Source: an uncultured virus (IMG/VR IMGVR_UViG_2882593062_000003) (Duplodnaviria > Heunggongvirae > Uroviricota > Caudoviricetes). Taken from it: a stretch of 64,000 nucleotides of DNA. The notes beneath the pieces were generated by a model, which worked only from the letters and a program-made list of their open reading frames with translations, was not told the DNA's origin and made no database searches. The stretch lies in IMG/VR virus record IMGVR_UViG_2882593062_000003; one strand, written 5' to 3'. A program made the translations under genes and the position numbers. Shown here piece by piece: positions 51,540 to 61,363 of the stretch. Each line of letters opens with the position of its first letter. Within the stretch, counting starts at the first letter, position 1.

Positions 51540-51605
51540 AGGACTGCGTTCGGTTAAAGAGAGTATGGGGCCGCAGTCCGGTAGCGGTGAGAATGGATAA
51601 AGATA
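51537..51605 (-). promoter_or_regulatory. leader element copy 6
   Basis: TATCTTTA..GCTACCGGACTGCG-N23-CGCAGTCCT-ATG. Confidence 0.8.
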
Positions 51606-51767
51606 ATAAAATGTAATTATATATCTATAGATACTGACGAGGCGGAAATATGAAAAAAGGTCAGAACTTTTTAACCTCATCAGTCCCTTTGGTTTGCTTC
51701 GGTGTCTCACCCGGCTAAATTTGCAGTAGCCGGTGACCCATGACTAACGATGCCCATAGTTTAACAG

Positions 51768-51809
51768 AAGGCTGTAGATAGTTGTCTTTTGACAAAAATC
51801 TACAGCCTT
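51768..51809. promoter_or_regulatory. inverted repeat upstream of the C5 methyltransferase (operator or terminator)
   Basis: aaggctgtagat...ttgtc-tttt-gacaa...atctacagcctt. Confidence 0.5.
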
Positions 51810-51862
51810 TTTGTATGAATTGACTATACTTGTAGAAAAGCTATTATATACTACATCAGAAT

Positions 51863-53083
51863 ATGAACGTAGCGTCACCAGCCATCTTAACATATACTGC
51901 TATCCGCAAGGCACTTGGTATTGACAATCCCAAGAATAAATTCAAACCCGGTCTCGACAGTCTCACGCACTACATACAAAATCTGGGTACACCAGCCGCT
52001 GATTATTTTCGGGAGGCGGCTTTACAGTATCTCGATGCGAACCGCCTGACCGACCTGTCGGAAGCAGTATTTGAGGGCGAAGTTTTCTTTGATGTGCCAT
52101 TTCCCCCGACTGAGCGGCCAAAGTTTACGTTCATTGACCTGTTCGCCGGAATCGGTGGCATCCGAATGGCCTACCAAAGTTTGGGCGGTAAGTGCGTCTT
52201 TACGTCCGAGTGGAGTCCAATGGCGCAACGTACTTATGAAGCCAATTATGGTGAGGTGCCGTTTGGTGACATTACCAAAGTCCACACCGACCAGATACCC
52301 GACCACGACGTGTTGCTTGCTGGCTTTCCCTGCCAGCCGTTCTCCATCGCCGGTGTATCGAAGAAAAACAGCCTCGGCCGGCAGCATGGGTTCAAGGATG
52401 AAACGCAGGGTACACTATTCTTTGACATTGTGCGGATACTGGAAGCCAAGAAGCCCTCGGCGTTCATGCTTGAGAATGTTAAAAACCTTGTCTCCCATGA
52501 TAAGGGGAATACATTCCGCGTGATTAAGGGTGCCTTACACGAACTGGGATACACGGTATATCACAAGGTTCTGGATGGTAAGCATTTTGTTCCGCAGCAC
52601 CGCGAACGTATTATTATTGTCGGTTTCCGCGAGGACAGGTTCGGTTTTCTCAACTTCTTTGACTTTCCGGATCTGCCGACGCCTACCGCCGTTATGGAAG
52701 ACATTCTTGAGCCGGACGCCCACGACCGGTACACACTTACACCCAATTTGTGGGAGTACTTACAGAATTATGCCGTTAAGCATAAGGAGAAAGGCAATGG
52801 CTTTGGTTTCGGTCTGATCCGGCCGGATGGTATATCCCGGACATTGAGCGCCCGGTATTACAAGGATGGCTCTGAGGTTCTGATACCGCAGGAAGGCGGA
52901 AAGAACCCGCGACGGCTGACCCCGCGCGAGTGTGCCCGGCTCCAAGGCTTTCCGGATAATTTTATTATTCCTGTTTCTGACACGCAGGCCTATAAACAGT
53001 TCGGCAATTCTGTTGTAATGCCTCTCATGCGGGCCGTGGGTGCCAAGGTTGTCGATGTGATTACCCGTTATGAATCTCAATAA
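51863..53083 (+). CDS. dcm: DNA (cytosine-5) methyltransferase, Dcm/EcoRII-like
   Basis: [41 protein letters not shown]. Confidence 0.92.
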   Translation: MNVASPAILTYTAIRKALGIDNPKNKFKPGLDSLTHYIQNLGTPAADYFREAALQYLDANRLTDLSEAVFEGEVFFDVPFPPTERPKFTFIDLFAGIGGIRMAYQSLGGKCVFTSEWSPMAQRTYEANYGEVPFGDITKVHTDQIPDHDVLLAGFPCQPFSIAGVSKKNSLGRQHGFKDETQGTLFFDIVRILEAKKPSAFMLENVKNLVSHDKGNTFRVIKGALHELGYTVYHKVLDGKHFVPQHRERIIIVGFREDRFGFLNFFDFPDLPTPTAVMEDILEPDAHDRYTLTPNLWEYLQNYAVKHKEKGNGFGFGLIRPDGISRTLSARYYKDGSEVLIPQEGGKNPRRLTPRECARLQGFPDNFIIPVSDTQAYKQFGNSVVMPLMRAVGAKVVDVITRYESQ

Positions 53084-54383
53084 CTTACAGCGGGTATTTG
53101 CCGCCAATGGCTGCCAGAAGATTTACGTTAAAACCTTAGCCGAGAATGACAACTCGAAGAACCAGGTTTACCTCGGCGGCAGTTTCGAGATCCTGAACGT
53201 CTTTCCCGCGTCCGACATCCAGTCGGAATCGCCCGGCGGCTGGAAGCGGGAGCGCTTCAAAGCCTCTGTACGGTTTGCATGGATAACAGAAATCGGTTCG
53301 CTGGCTATTGCTCCGAACGCCCAACTGATCCTGTACCCGAAGTACCCGGAGGTCCGATTCTCCGGCTTCCTGCTGGGATGTCCCGAAGCTCCTTCCGGGC
53401 TGATGAAGGCTTCGGCGAGGATCGCTGGCCGGCTACTCTTTCTTGGCGTGGCAGAAAACAGCCAGATTCTGGGATATGTGACCGCGCCAGACTCTGGGCT
53501 TGCTACCGAGTTCAACGGTCTAACCACCGACAATTACGGTGTGTTCAGGGTGTTACGGCTGGCCAAGGACGACAATCGTGGCAGACTACTGAGCGAACTG
53601 AAGCGCATCCATGAACTTGACTGGATTCCGTCTAAACGACTCGACCGCGCAGGCGGGACCATGGCATGTGAAGCTCCGAACTGTGGAGGCTATACGCTGG
53701 AAGCAGAATTGGGTATTACTCCTAACGGCTATTCCGAACCCGACTTTCTGGGATGGGAAGTCAAACAGTTCGGTGTACGGAATTTCGAGCGGATAGGAAG
53801 TGAAGTCATTACACTGATGACGCCCGAGCCAACAGGCGGGGCCTACGTTGTGCAGGGCCTTGATTACTTCATGCGGCGCTACGGTTACGCCGACAGAATG
53901 GGACGGGCCGACCGTATCAATTTCGGCGGTATTCATATCGCCGGTGCCCGGCACCCGACTACACAACTTCGGATGGAACTGATTGGCTTCGATACCGCGA
54001 CTGGCAAGATCCGGAGCGCCGACGGCCGCATCGCGTTGGTGGACCCTGACGGCAATGAAGCAGCAACCTGGTCATTTGCATCCATGCTCAAACACTGGAA
54101 CCGAAAACACAATCAGGCCTGCTACGTTCCGAGTCAGTCTGAAACCGATCCAGTTAGGCAGTACCGGTACGGTTCCCTTATTATTCTCGGTGTGGGCACC
54201 GACTTTCAGTTGTTTCTTCAGCAAATGGCTTCAGGAAACATTTACTATGATCCGGGCATCAAAATGGAAAACGCTTCCTCAGCAAAGCCCACGACCAAAC
54301 GACGCAGCCAGTTTCGCACAAAGTCGCTTTACCTGAGAAATTTGTACCGCATTAACGAGATCGCCGACCTTGACAAAATATGA
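53070..54383 (+). CDS. MvaI/BcnI-family restriction endonuclease
   Basis: [11 protein letters not shown]...PDF.GWEVK...TLMTPEP. Confidence 0.8.
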   Translation: MNLNNLQRVFAANGCQKIYVKTLAENDNSKNQVYLGGSFEILNVFPASDIQSESPGGWKRERFKASVRFAWITEIGSLAIAPNAQLILYPKYPEVRFSGFLLGCPEAPSGLMKASARIAGRLLFLGVAENSQILGYVTAPDSGLATEFNGLTTDNYGVFRVLRLAKDDNRGRLLSELKRIHELDWIPSKRLDRAGGTMACEAPNCGGYTLEAELGITPNGYSEPDFLGWEVKQFGVRNFERIGSEVITLMTPEPTGGAYVVQGLDYFMRRYGYADRMGRADRINFGGIHIAGARHPTTQLRMELIGFDTATGKIRSADGRIALVDPDGNEAATWSFASMLKHWNRKHNQACYVPSQSETDPVRQYRYGSLIILGVGTDFQLFLQQMASGNIYYDPGIKMENASSAKPTTKRRSQFRTKSLYLRNLYRINEIADLDKI

Positions 54384-54393
54384 AAGCTTGGTT

Positions 54394-54846
54394 TTACTCA
54401 TTAACCTCAAAGTCTGAGGAATCAGCAGACGGTGCTTTAAGATACAGCACAATATTGTTCAAGGTCTTTTTCCTAAGCGGTTGGCGCAATTCACATTCGA
54501 AGATGCTGACAACGTTCCAGCCAGCGTCACGAAGCTTTTGAAAATGCTCAGCATCCTTATTCCGCGTGGTGAAAATTTTATCAGTCCACCACTCGCTACG
54601 GGTTTTAGGGATGGTAAAATACCGGCATCCTTCGTGACCATGCCAGAAACAGCCATGCACGAAAATGACAGTATGGTACTTTGGCAAAACGATATCCGGC
54701 TTACCGGGAAGCTCTTTGGCATGTAGCCTGAAACGAAATCCGTTAGCATGCAGGAACCGACGAACCAGCATTTCGGGCTTAGTGTCCTTGCCTTTAATTC
54801 GGCTCATATTGTAACTCCTGACCTCCTTTGAATGTACATCAGCCAT
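54394..54846 (-). CDS. vsr: very short patch repair endonuclease
   Basis: MADVH..EVRSYNMSRI..KDTKPE, PGKPD, FVHGCFWHGH. Confidence 0.92.
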   Translation of the reverse strand: MADVHSKEVRSYNMSRIKGKDTKPEMLVRRFLHANGFRFRLHAKELPGKPDIVLPKYHTVIFVHGCFWHGHEGCRYFTIPKTRSEWWTDKIFTTRNKDAEHFQKLRDAGWNVVSIFECELRQPLRKKTLNNIVLYLKAPSADSSDFEVNE

Positions 54847-54967
54847 ACTTATATTACGCAGGTATTGCCGTAACGGTTCCGCAGACACAGTATCGTAAGT
54901 CGTTTTCTGTCTTGCTGTTAAATACAGAAGCAGTACGTTAACTGCCTGCTAATAAACATCACATGAT

Positions 54968-55150
54968 ATGATCCTGACCAACAAAGAGAGCCAGCAGAAA
55001 AATCTCTTAAAGGATATCAACCCGGAATGCATGTCGGGAGTAAGTTATGACCTGCGAATTAAAGACATTATTTAACTGCAGGACTACGATATAGTTGATA
55101 AGACTACGCTTCCTCCTCAGGGAATGGCAGTAGCTATTTTCCACGAAGAA
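54968..55150 (+). pseudogene. dCTP deaminase/dUTPase-like N-terminal fragment
   Basis: MILTNKE...SYDLRI..*...LPPQGMA.....EE with in-frame TAA at 55073. Confidence 0.5.
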
Positions 55151-55399
55151 TCCCAAATCGCCGAACAGGAGGCTTCTTACCAGAAATTAGGTCGCGACCG
55201 GATGCACTATCATACGGCAATGGCTCAGGCAGGCGGCAAGTCTGGCCCCAGTGCCAGAGAAATTGCAGCTGCTTTAGCTGATGAGCTGGAGAAGCGACCC
55301 CGCTTACAGTTGAATAATGATGAGAACGGCTTTACCCGGACGATCATTGAGAAGACGACAAAGCGGGTTGAGCTGAATAAGCGAAGGTATTTGAGCTAG
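55151..55399 (+). pseudogene. third TMP 3'-end fragment
   Basis: SQIAEQEASYQKLGRDRM...SAREIAAALADELEKRPRLQL..DENGFTRTI matches TMP at ~44790-44989. Confidence 0.9.
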
Positions 55400-55635
55400 C
55401 AGACATTTTAAAATCAATTACCTCAGAAAACTCCATTTGAAGCTTCTCCAAGCTGTTCCCGACAGGTTTCAGTGCGCCGTTCCAGAATCCTAACCTAGAT
55501 TTTTTCCATCATAGTTCTCAAATAGCTTGGAATGCTGAATGATTGCTAAAGCAGCTCAAGGATTTAAGTAGGAAGGCTGTTCCTCTCAGTAGAAAACGAA
55601 AATAATGGCAAGATCTATTATAGGCACATTTTTAG

Positions 55636-55681
55636 AAACAAAGAGCCGAGTGAAGTATATACTTCACTCGGCTCTTTGTTT
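55636..55681. repeat. perfect 46-bp palindrome (probable bidirectional terminator)
   Basis: AAACAAAGAGCCGAGTGAAGTAT|ATACTTCACTCGGCTCTTTGTTT. Confidence 0.85.
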
Positions 55682-55708
55682 TCGTTAAGGCCCTGTCTTG
55701 TTAATGAC

Positions 55709-56206
55709 TTATTCTTGAGAAGCCTTCTTTTCTTCGTCTTTTCTTTGTTTTGACCAGTATAACCAGCATCGTCTGGCATGTATACCAAAAAAGGCAGCTT
55801 GATGTGTCTTATTGGTCTTATCCAGAGTCAATCCATCACAGAACTCCGGATAATCCATTAAGTCGAAAAATCCTTTCCCTGTGATATAGCCGTCCGATTC
55901 ACCACAAAGTATTACTCCAAGTAAAGGCCTTCCTGCCCGGTACTCATCATCATTAATCTCCCAACAGATTTGACCAATTAGCCTACGGTGATAATTGTAG
56001 GTCACATACAGAGGAATATTCAATGCTGAATAAAGCTCCCTGAAAGTACACTTGTGGCCTTTCTTTGCCAAGCCCTTGAGATAGTTAGAAATAGCCTCTT
56101 TCAAAGACTGAGGAGAAGAGTAGTCGCCAAGAAGGTGATCGGGATAAGTTTCCTTAGGGCGCGAAAGAGCAGGATGCCCATGTGAGCGGGATGATAACTC
56201 ATTCAT
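55709..56206 (-). CDS. hypothetical protein (winged-helix-like, RPLL..I.....G.GFF motif)
   Basis: 165-aa ORF ending at the palindrome. Confidence 0.6.
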   Translation of the reverse strand: MNELSSRSHGHPALSRPKETYPDHLLGDYSSPQSLKEAISNYLKGLAKKGHKCTFRELYSALNIPLYVTYNYHRRLIGQICWEINDDEYRAGRPLLGVILCGESDGYITGKGFFDLMDYPEFCDGLTLDKTNKTHQAAFFGIHARRCWLYWSKQRKDEEKKASQE

Positions 56207-56640
56207 CTTAATATGAATTGACGGTTATTACTTGTGCTTAGCTTTTACAAAGCCCTCACACTATCATTGCAAAATTAGGTAAGCGGTAAATTCTTACCAA
56301 GAAAATCCTCATTATTTTATGGTTTCATCAAAAAGGGTCTTTTAATTTTGAATTCTGCTATTAACGGTCCCAGCCTAGCCAAAGATCAAAAGCGGCCGAA
56401 GCGGATTGAGTTGAATAAGCAGAGGTCTCTAAGAAAAGGTTGAACTCTCAAGCTAGAAGGACTAAGATCAAATAGTTGAAAACATAAGGACAAAAAAAGC
56501 GTTCGCAGAGGAGGGTTGCGGACAAACAAGTTAAAAACAAGAAGCAAATTCTACCATTAAAGGACTGATCTTTAGCAGGTTGCGAAAATTTTATTTCTTG
56601 CCTATTTTAAAGTTTATATATATATTATAAATAGCGCCTT

Positions 56641-58086
56641 GTGACATGGATTGAAGAAACTATTCTAAAAAGAGGGCCTTTATTGTCTGGGACCTTAATA
56701 AGTGAAATGCAATCACAGGGCATTTCCAATGAAGCTATCCGAAAACGAATATCAAGAGTAGAGCCACCGCTATATAAACTAAGTAAATATTTCAAAAATA
56801 GGCAGTCCCTCATATATCACATAGATCATATAAATGGAAGAGAATATTACAATGGCCTTATATCAGCTTTTGAAACTGCAGGCAAAAGTTATTTCGCCGC
56901 TATTAAAGCATTAGAATATCATCAAGGCTATTTAAGGAAAGACGAATTAGCAAATTATTTAATTAGTCCAGTTGGAAATTTAAAGAAGCATAAAAAAGCA
57001 GAAGTCATAATAAAGGACTTAATAAAGCTAAAGGTAATTCAAGAGAACGAAGATTATTATTCGTTAAATCCACTATATAGCCGCAGTGGTGATTTTAAGC
57101 ATTTTAAGGGGATAAATATAGCTAAAGAGGTTACAATAAAACAATTATATAACTGGGCGAGGAGTATAAATTTAGTTTCTTATGATAAGGGAACGTTTAA
57201 CTCAGAATATTCAGGTTTCCAATGGGCTTTTGTTGGTCCATCATATATCTCTACAGTACTCCAATTTAAAGAAGAAAAACTTAATCCTGGGTTCATTGTT
57301 TCTGATATTTTAATCATTGATATGGTTGAAAAAAGCCATATTGAGTTCTTTATTGCAAAATTAGAAATAATAAAAAGGTTAAATGTCCCTAAAGTTATTC
57401 CTCTCCTTTTAGTTAACAAGGTATCAAATGAAGCACTGCAGTTATTAAAAGAGAAAGGGATAATAGTAGGGTTTATTGAGAAAATATTTGGCCCTGGCTA
57501 TTCTCAACTGTTAAGTTCGCTTATAAAAGTTATAGAAGAAGCCGGAAAATTATTAAAATCAGACCCTGATAAGTTTATAAAGTTACTAGATCAAATAAAT
57601 AAATTTGTTGATGGCGGAGTAAATAATTTACGGGGAGACTTATTCGAACTTGCTGTTGGTTATTTTTATAGCAGTCAATGTCAAGTACTTGAGATAGGTA
57701 AGAAAATTTCGCATGAAGGGCAAATCACTGATATTGATGTACTTGTAATAAAGCAAGACAGATTAATACTTGCTGAATGTAAGGGTTATAAATCAAACAT
57801 CTCAAAGCAAGTAATTGAAGATTGGATCACAAATAAAATTCCATTGTTTTATAAATGGGTAAATAGCCAATCTTTGCTAAGAGGGAAAAAGATAACTTTT
57901 GAGTTTTGGTCTGCCTCTGAATATACTGAAGACGCAAGGAAAATATTTACCGAAAGGTCTGATGTTTTAAGAAAATACGAAGTGAAAATCTATGATCGAC
58001 AAGAAATAATCAAAATGGCAAAAGATTTTAGGATTACCAAATTTATTGAAATTATGAACAACTACTTCATTAAAGTACCTGCTTAA
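56641..58086 (+). CDS. protein with C-terminal PD-(D/E)xK restriction-endonuclease-like domain
   Basis: GDLFE....TDIDVL......LAECKGY. Confidence 0.7.
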   Translation: MTWIEETILKRGPLLSGTLISEMQSQGISNEAIRKRISRVEPPLYKLSKYFKNRQSLIYHIDHINGREYYNGLISAFETAGKSYFAAIKALEYHQGYLRKDELANYLISPVGNLKKHKKAEVIIKDLIKLKVIQENEDYYSLNPLYSRSGDFKHFKGINIAKEVTIKQLYNWARSINLVSYDKGTFNSEYSGFQWAFVGPSYISTVLQFKEEKLNPGFIVSDILIIDMVEKSHIEFFIAKLEIIKRLNVPKVIPLLLVNKVSNEALQLLKEKGIIVGFIEKIFGPGYSQLLSSLIKVIEEAGKLLKSDPDKFIKLLDQINKFVDGGVNNLRGDLFELAVGYFYSSQCQVLEIGKKISHEGQITDIDVLVIKQDRLILAECKGYKSNISKQVIEDWITNKIPLFYKWVNSQSLLRGKKITFEFWSASEYTEDARKIFTERSDVLRKYEVKIYDRQEIIKMAKDFRITKFIEIMNNYFIKVPA

Positions 58087-58088
58087 AT

Positions 58089-59771
58089 TTAAAATTTAAA
58101 AAATTTCTCATGCTCAGATAGTAACAAACAAGTATTTTCATTTATAAACGAAATGTCAAACGATGTGAGTTTATCTCGCAAAATTGAAACAACATATTGA
58201 CCAGGAAGGCTATTAGCTAATTCAAAGGCAGTAGAAAGTTGATTAATATGTACATCCTCTGTGCTATCGTGAAGTACAAACCTTGGCAATTTTGATTTCA
58301 TTTCATCTAAAAAAGAAATATATGCAAAATCAAAAGCAGTAATTTGGCCTTTCTTTTTGCCTGTTCCAACATTTCCTGAAAGAGTATCCAACTTAAATTC
58401 AATCTTTTCCCCCTTCTTATCGTAAGAAAGAAAATATTGTTCATCGTATAACTTTTTTGAATAGTCAGCAAAATAAGTATTGAAAATTGCTAACTTATTA
58501 TCAAAATCAAACAAATATTCATTCAATTTCATTGTAAACAACTCCACTGCCTTTCGACTTTTTTCACAATTCGTTTCTTCGCTTTCAATGAGAGATATGA
58601 GTTTACTTTCTTGTCCTCTTCTTTCATAAAGTAAATTGAGTTCATTCTGCAGTTTATTTAGTTCGGACAAAGAACCTGTATCTGTAATTACCTTTAAAAG
58701 CTTACTCTCCTCAGTCAAGTAAAAGTTAAGATCCTTATAAGATTCCTCAATTTGAGTAATAGTCTCAGTTAAGTTTCTTTTAATAAAATCTATTTTTTTA
58801 TCAATCATTTTATTGTGAAAACCAAGAACTTCTTCGAAAGTTTTTTGAAGGCTTGGGACTAAAACTTTTGCCTCTTTATATAACTCTTTTATAGCTAAAG
58901 GATCAATTTTTGACCGATTACTCTCAAGTTCTTCTAAGCTTTCTTGATTTAACTGATGCTTAATTTTTAGGTTCGCAATCCGATTTGTAATTATTCCAAT
59001 TTGGGTTTTAATTTCATTTAAACGATTAACCTCTCTTTCATAAGATGCATTAAGCTTAAAACCTTTTAACTGCTCATTTGTAACGTCAATATTATGGTCT
59101 ATTATTTTTAGTATTTGTTTACTTGATTGAATTGACCTATTTCCTGACTTCAAAGCTTTCAACCTTTTTTCGGTCTTTTGCAATTCTTTTATTGCATACA
59201 ACCTATCTACTAATAAATTATGATCAGTGAAACCAAACAAAAAAAGGAATAATACCTCATATTCATCCTTTGTCGTTGTAGAATAAAGGAATTTTAACGC
59301 ATTAGTCATTGAAGTCATATCTTTTCGAATAAACTTATGCATTAATTGCCTTATTGACGGTTTTGAATTTTTAATGCTGAAAATCTCAAGCTCAAGCTTT
59401 TCTCTATATTGTTTTAAAGATGGAAAGGATTCATTATTAATTTTTAATAATGAACTATCATTAAATCCTCTTTCTAATATGTAAGACTTATTATTACTTG
59501 TTAATGATAAAGAAACCACTATTCCATTCTTAAATAGGTATTCATAAACGGGCTGATTTATAGTCCTAAACTCTGGATCAGTATAGATATCTTTGCCATC
59601 CGAACCAAAACAAAAATCGATTACTCGAAGTAATGTAGTTTTACCTACATTATTTCCAGATTCAGTATTCTTCTTCGTTGTCTCATCTATTACCAAGTTT
59701 AAACCAAGCTTAAAATCTACCTTTCGGATTTCGATTTTATCTAACTTTACTATTAATTGATTTAATAGCAT
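58089..59771 (-). CDS. ABC-three-component/Lamassu-type SMC-like ATPase (DUF2326-like)
   Basis: GNNVGKTT Walker A; coiled coil; GTGKKK signature; FVLHD Walker B. Confidence 0.85.
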   Translation of the reverse strand: MLLNQLIVKLDKIEIRKVDFKLGLNLVIDETTKKNTESGNNVGKTTLLRVIDFCFGSDGKDIYTDPEFRTINQPVYEYLFKNGIVVSLSLTSNNKSYILERGFNDSSLLKINNESFPSLKQYREKLELEIFSIKNSKPSIRQLMHKFIRKDMTSMTNALKFLYSTTTKDEYEVLFLFLFGFTDHNLLVDRLYAIKELQKTEKRLKALKSGNRSIQSSKQILKIIDHNIDVTNEQLKGFKLNASYEREVNRLNEIKTQIGIITNRIANLKIKHQLNQESLEELESNRSKIDPLAIKELYKEAKVLVPSLQKTFEEVLGFHNKMIDKKIDFIKRNLTETITQIEESYKDLNFYLTEESKLLKVITDTGSLSELNKLQNELNLLYERRGQESKLISLIESEETNCEKSRKAVELFTMKLNEYLFDFDNKLAIFNTYFADYSKKLYDEQYFLSYDKKGEKIEFKLDTLSGNVGTGKKKGQITAFDFAYISFLDEMKSKLPRFVLHDSTEDVHINQLSTAFELANSLPGQYVVSILRDKLTSFDISFINENTCLLLSEHEKFFKF

Positions 59772-60001
59772 CTTTCAATTCCAGATTTAGAGTTAATACT
59801 TATAAGACCTAAAATAAATAGCCAATCTAAGGCATATAAAAAGTAACTAAACGAAATCTTTTCTGGAAAATTCTTCGCCAGCTTCTCATACAAAATTTGA
59901 ATGTCAATAATTCCCATACTTTCAGAATTTAGGGTCTCTAAAATTTTTGACCCAATTACATACAAACTTTTTTCTGGTTTAATATCAATTGGTAATATCA
60001 T
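59762..60001 (-). CDS. ABC-three-component middle component
   Basis: MILP..IKPE.SLY.IG..IL...YALDWLF.LGLI. Confidence 0.8.
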   Translation of the reverse strand: MILPIDIKPEKSLYVIGSKILETLNSESMGIIDIQILYEKLAKNFPEKISFSYFLYALDWLFILGLISINSKSGIERCY

Positions 60002-60579
60002 CAGCCTTTGTTTGGGTTCTCTAATATCTTACAGTCGATAAAAGCTTTACAAACAATAATTACTAAACAAGCTTGAAGGTCTTCCTCCATGATTTGTTCA
60101 AAGTTAGATGATCTTTTATAATCAATACTTAATGAATCTATTATGTTTGTTATAATTATATCTGCATATTTACAAATTAAACTGTGTTTATCCTGATTCG
60201 GATTTTGTGCAACTAAGTCACTTACTTGCCTAATATACTTATTATTTATGCTTTTTAAAAATCTGCTTTTAGAATTAGGCTTTTCATTATCTAGCGTTTC
60301 ATAAATTTTATCTACTATTGCACCATAGTTTCCATAGTTTTCAATTACTTCTTTGTAAACCTTTATTTTATTGAATTCGATTTTTTCATTTATTTCATAT
60401 AATTGTAGTGTGGTCAGACCTTGCGGTGTATCATCAAGCACTTTTTCAAGTCGGCTGATTACAATAGATAAATAAGATGGAAGTCTTTCTTGTAAATATT
60501 TGTAATCGTTAATAATTAGGGTACCGGCCGATTGGTATACTGTCCCTTTTGCTTTAAAATTAGTTAATGCTCCCTTCAT
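60001..60579 (-). CDS. ABC-three-component CTD protein
   Basis: EKI.FN.I..Y...I..Y; ends F.DCKILENP. Confidence 0.75.
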   Translation of the reverse strand: MKGALTNFKAKGTVYQSAGTLIINDYKYLQERLPSYLSIVISRLEKVLDDTPQGLTTLQLYEINEKIEFNKIKVYKEVIENYGNYGAIVDKIYETLDNEKPNSKSRFLKSINNKYIRQVSDLVAQNPNQDKHSLICKYADIIITNIIDSLSIDYKRSSNFEQIMEEDLQACLVIIVCKAFIDCKILENPNKG

Positions 60580-60784
60580 TTTTCCCTTTATTTATAGTCA
60601 TATCTCCAGAAGTTTGGAAATTTTCTTTACCTTTTGCTTTAAATTGGATGTCACCTTTGTGACTTTTATTTGTTTTTATAGTTTTAGATATTTTGTTCGC
60701 TTTCCTTAATGCCATAATGCTTACAATCATTGAAATGATCGAAGAGGCTCCTACAATTATGTTAAATATATCTATTGCTTTCAT
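60560..60784 (-). CDS. small TM protein heading the ABC-3C operon
   Basis: N-terminal TM, basic tail, overlaps the CTD gene. Confidence 0.6.
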   Translation of the reverse strand: MKAIDIFNIIVGASSIISMIVSIMALRKANKISKTIKTNKSHKGDIQFKAKGKENFQTSGDMTINKGKNEGSIN

Positions 60785-60928
60785 ATTAATGATAAGAGTT
60801 AGGATTGTATTTTCAAATGTATTAAAAAACTTGTTTGTTTTTCTCCGCTCGTTAAGTCAATCTCGAACTTGCGATTTTGGTGCCATAGGTTTGTGTGAAC
60901 CTCGTTCAACATCTAACTTTAGCACAAA

Positions 60929-61153
60929 ATGATCGCCGTAATGCCGGAAACCCCTGAAGAGATAGGCCAGCTTATCAAAGAACTGAGAAAAAAGCGAGGT
61001 ATGACTCAAACCGAATTGGGTGAAAAATTCGGCGCGAACAAGTCAACAATTGCGCTTTATGAAAAAGGGCGTAACGGCTTCTCGGTTGCGACATTAAAGC
61101 GATTTGCGGAGGCTTTGAATGCGGAGCTCAAAATCGATATCATATTGAAGTAG
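60929..61153 (+). CDS. XRE-family HTH regulator (copy B)
   Basis: LRKKRGMTQ.ELG...STIA.YEKG; homologous to 35794-36018. Confidence 0.85.
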   Translation: MIAVMPETPEEIGQLIKELRKKRGMTQTELGEKFGANKSTIALYEKGRNGFSVATLKRFAEALNAELKIDIILK

Positions 61154-61169
61154 ATATTTTTTTGCCCCA

Positions 61170-61204
61170 AAAGTTTGCAATATTGCAAACTTTATCTATC
61201 TTTG
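61170..61204 (+). promoter_or_regulatory. operator B plus core promoter
   Basis: Perfect palindrome AAAGTTTGCAATATTGCAAACTTT (61170-61193); -7 TATCTTTG (61197-61204). Confidence 0.75.
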
Positions 61205-61363
61205 TAATAAGGAAACGGCAGAAATCAGAAAAGGCGATACAGTACCCATAAGGTTGCCCGCTGGACCGTATGAAGAAAGCCCAAACCCCATAAAAAACCC
61301 CAACGCTACGAATCTTGGCGGATGAAGCGAAGGGGCATGTGACACCCAAAACACGTTCATGTT

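Noticed and set aside
23153..51605. Leader repeats as a CRISPR array or classical integron attC sites
   Set aside because: Dispersed, no regular spacers, no cas or IntI gene, no RYYYAAC/GTTRRRY ends.
51540..51710. N-terminal extension of the 110-aa ORF (also 50589-50876 and 33110-33268 extensions)
   Set aside because: These run through the leader element or overlap real upstream genes; downstream ATGs fit better.
55636..55681. Protelomerase telRL site
   Set aside because: The recombinase looks integrase-like with an arm-binding region, and the palindrome has terminator-like A/T tails between convergent ends.
60560..60600. Programmed -1 frameshift joining the 74-aa and 192-aa ORFs
   Set aside because: The downstream ORF is in the +1 frame and has its own ATG; no in-frame slippery heptamer.
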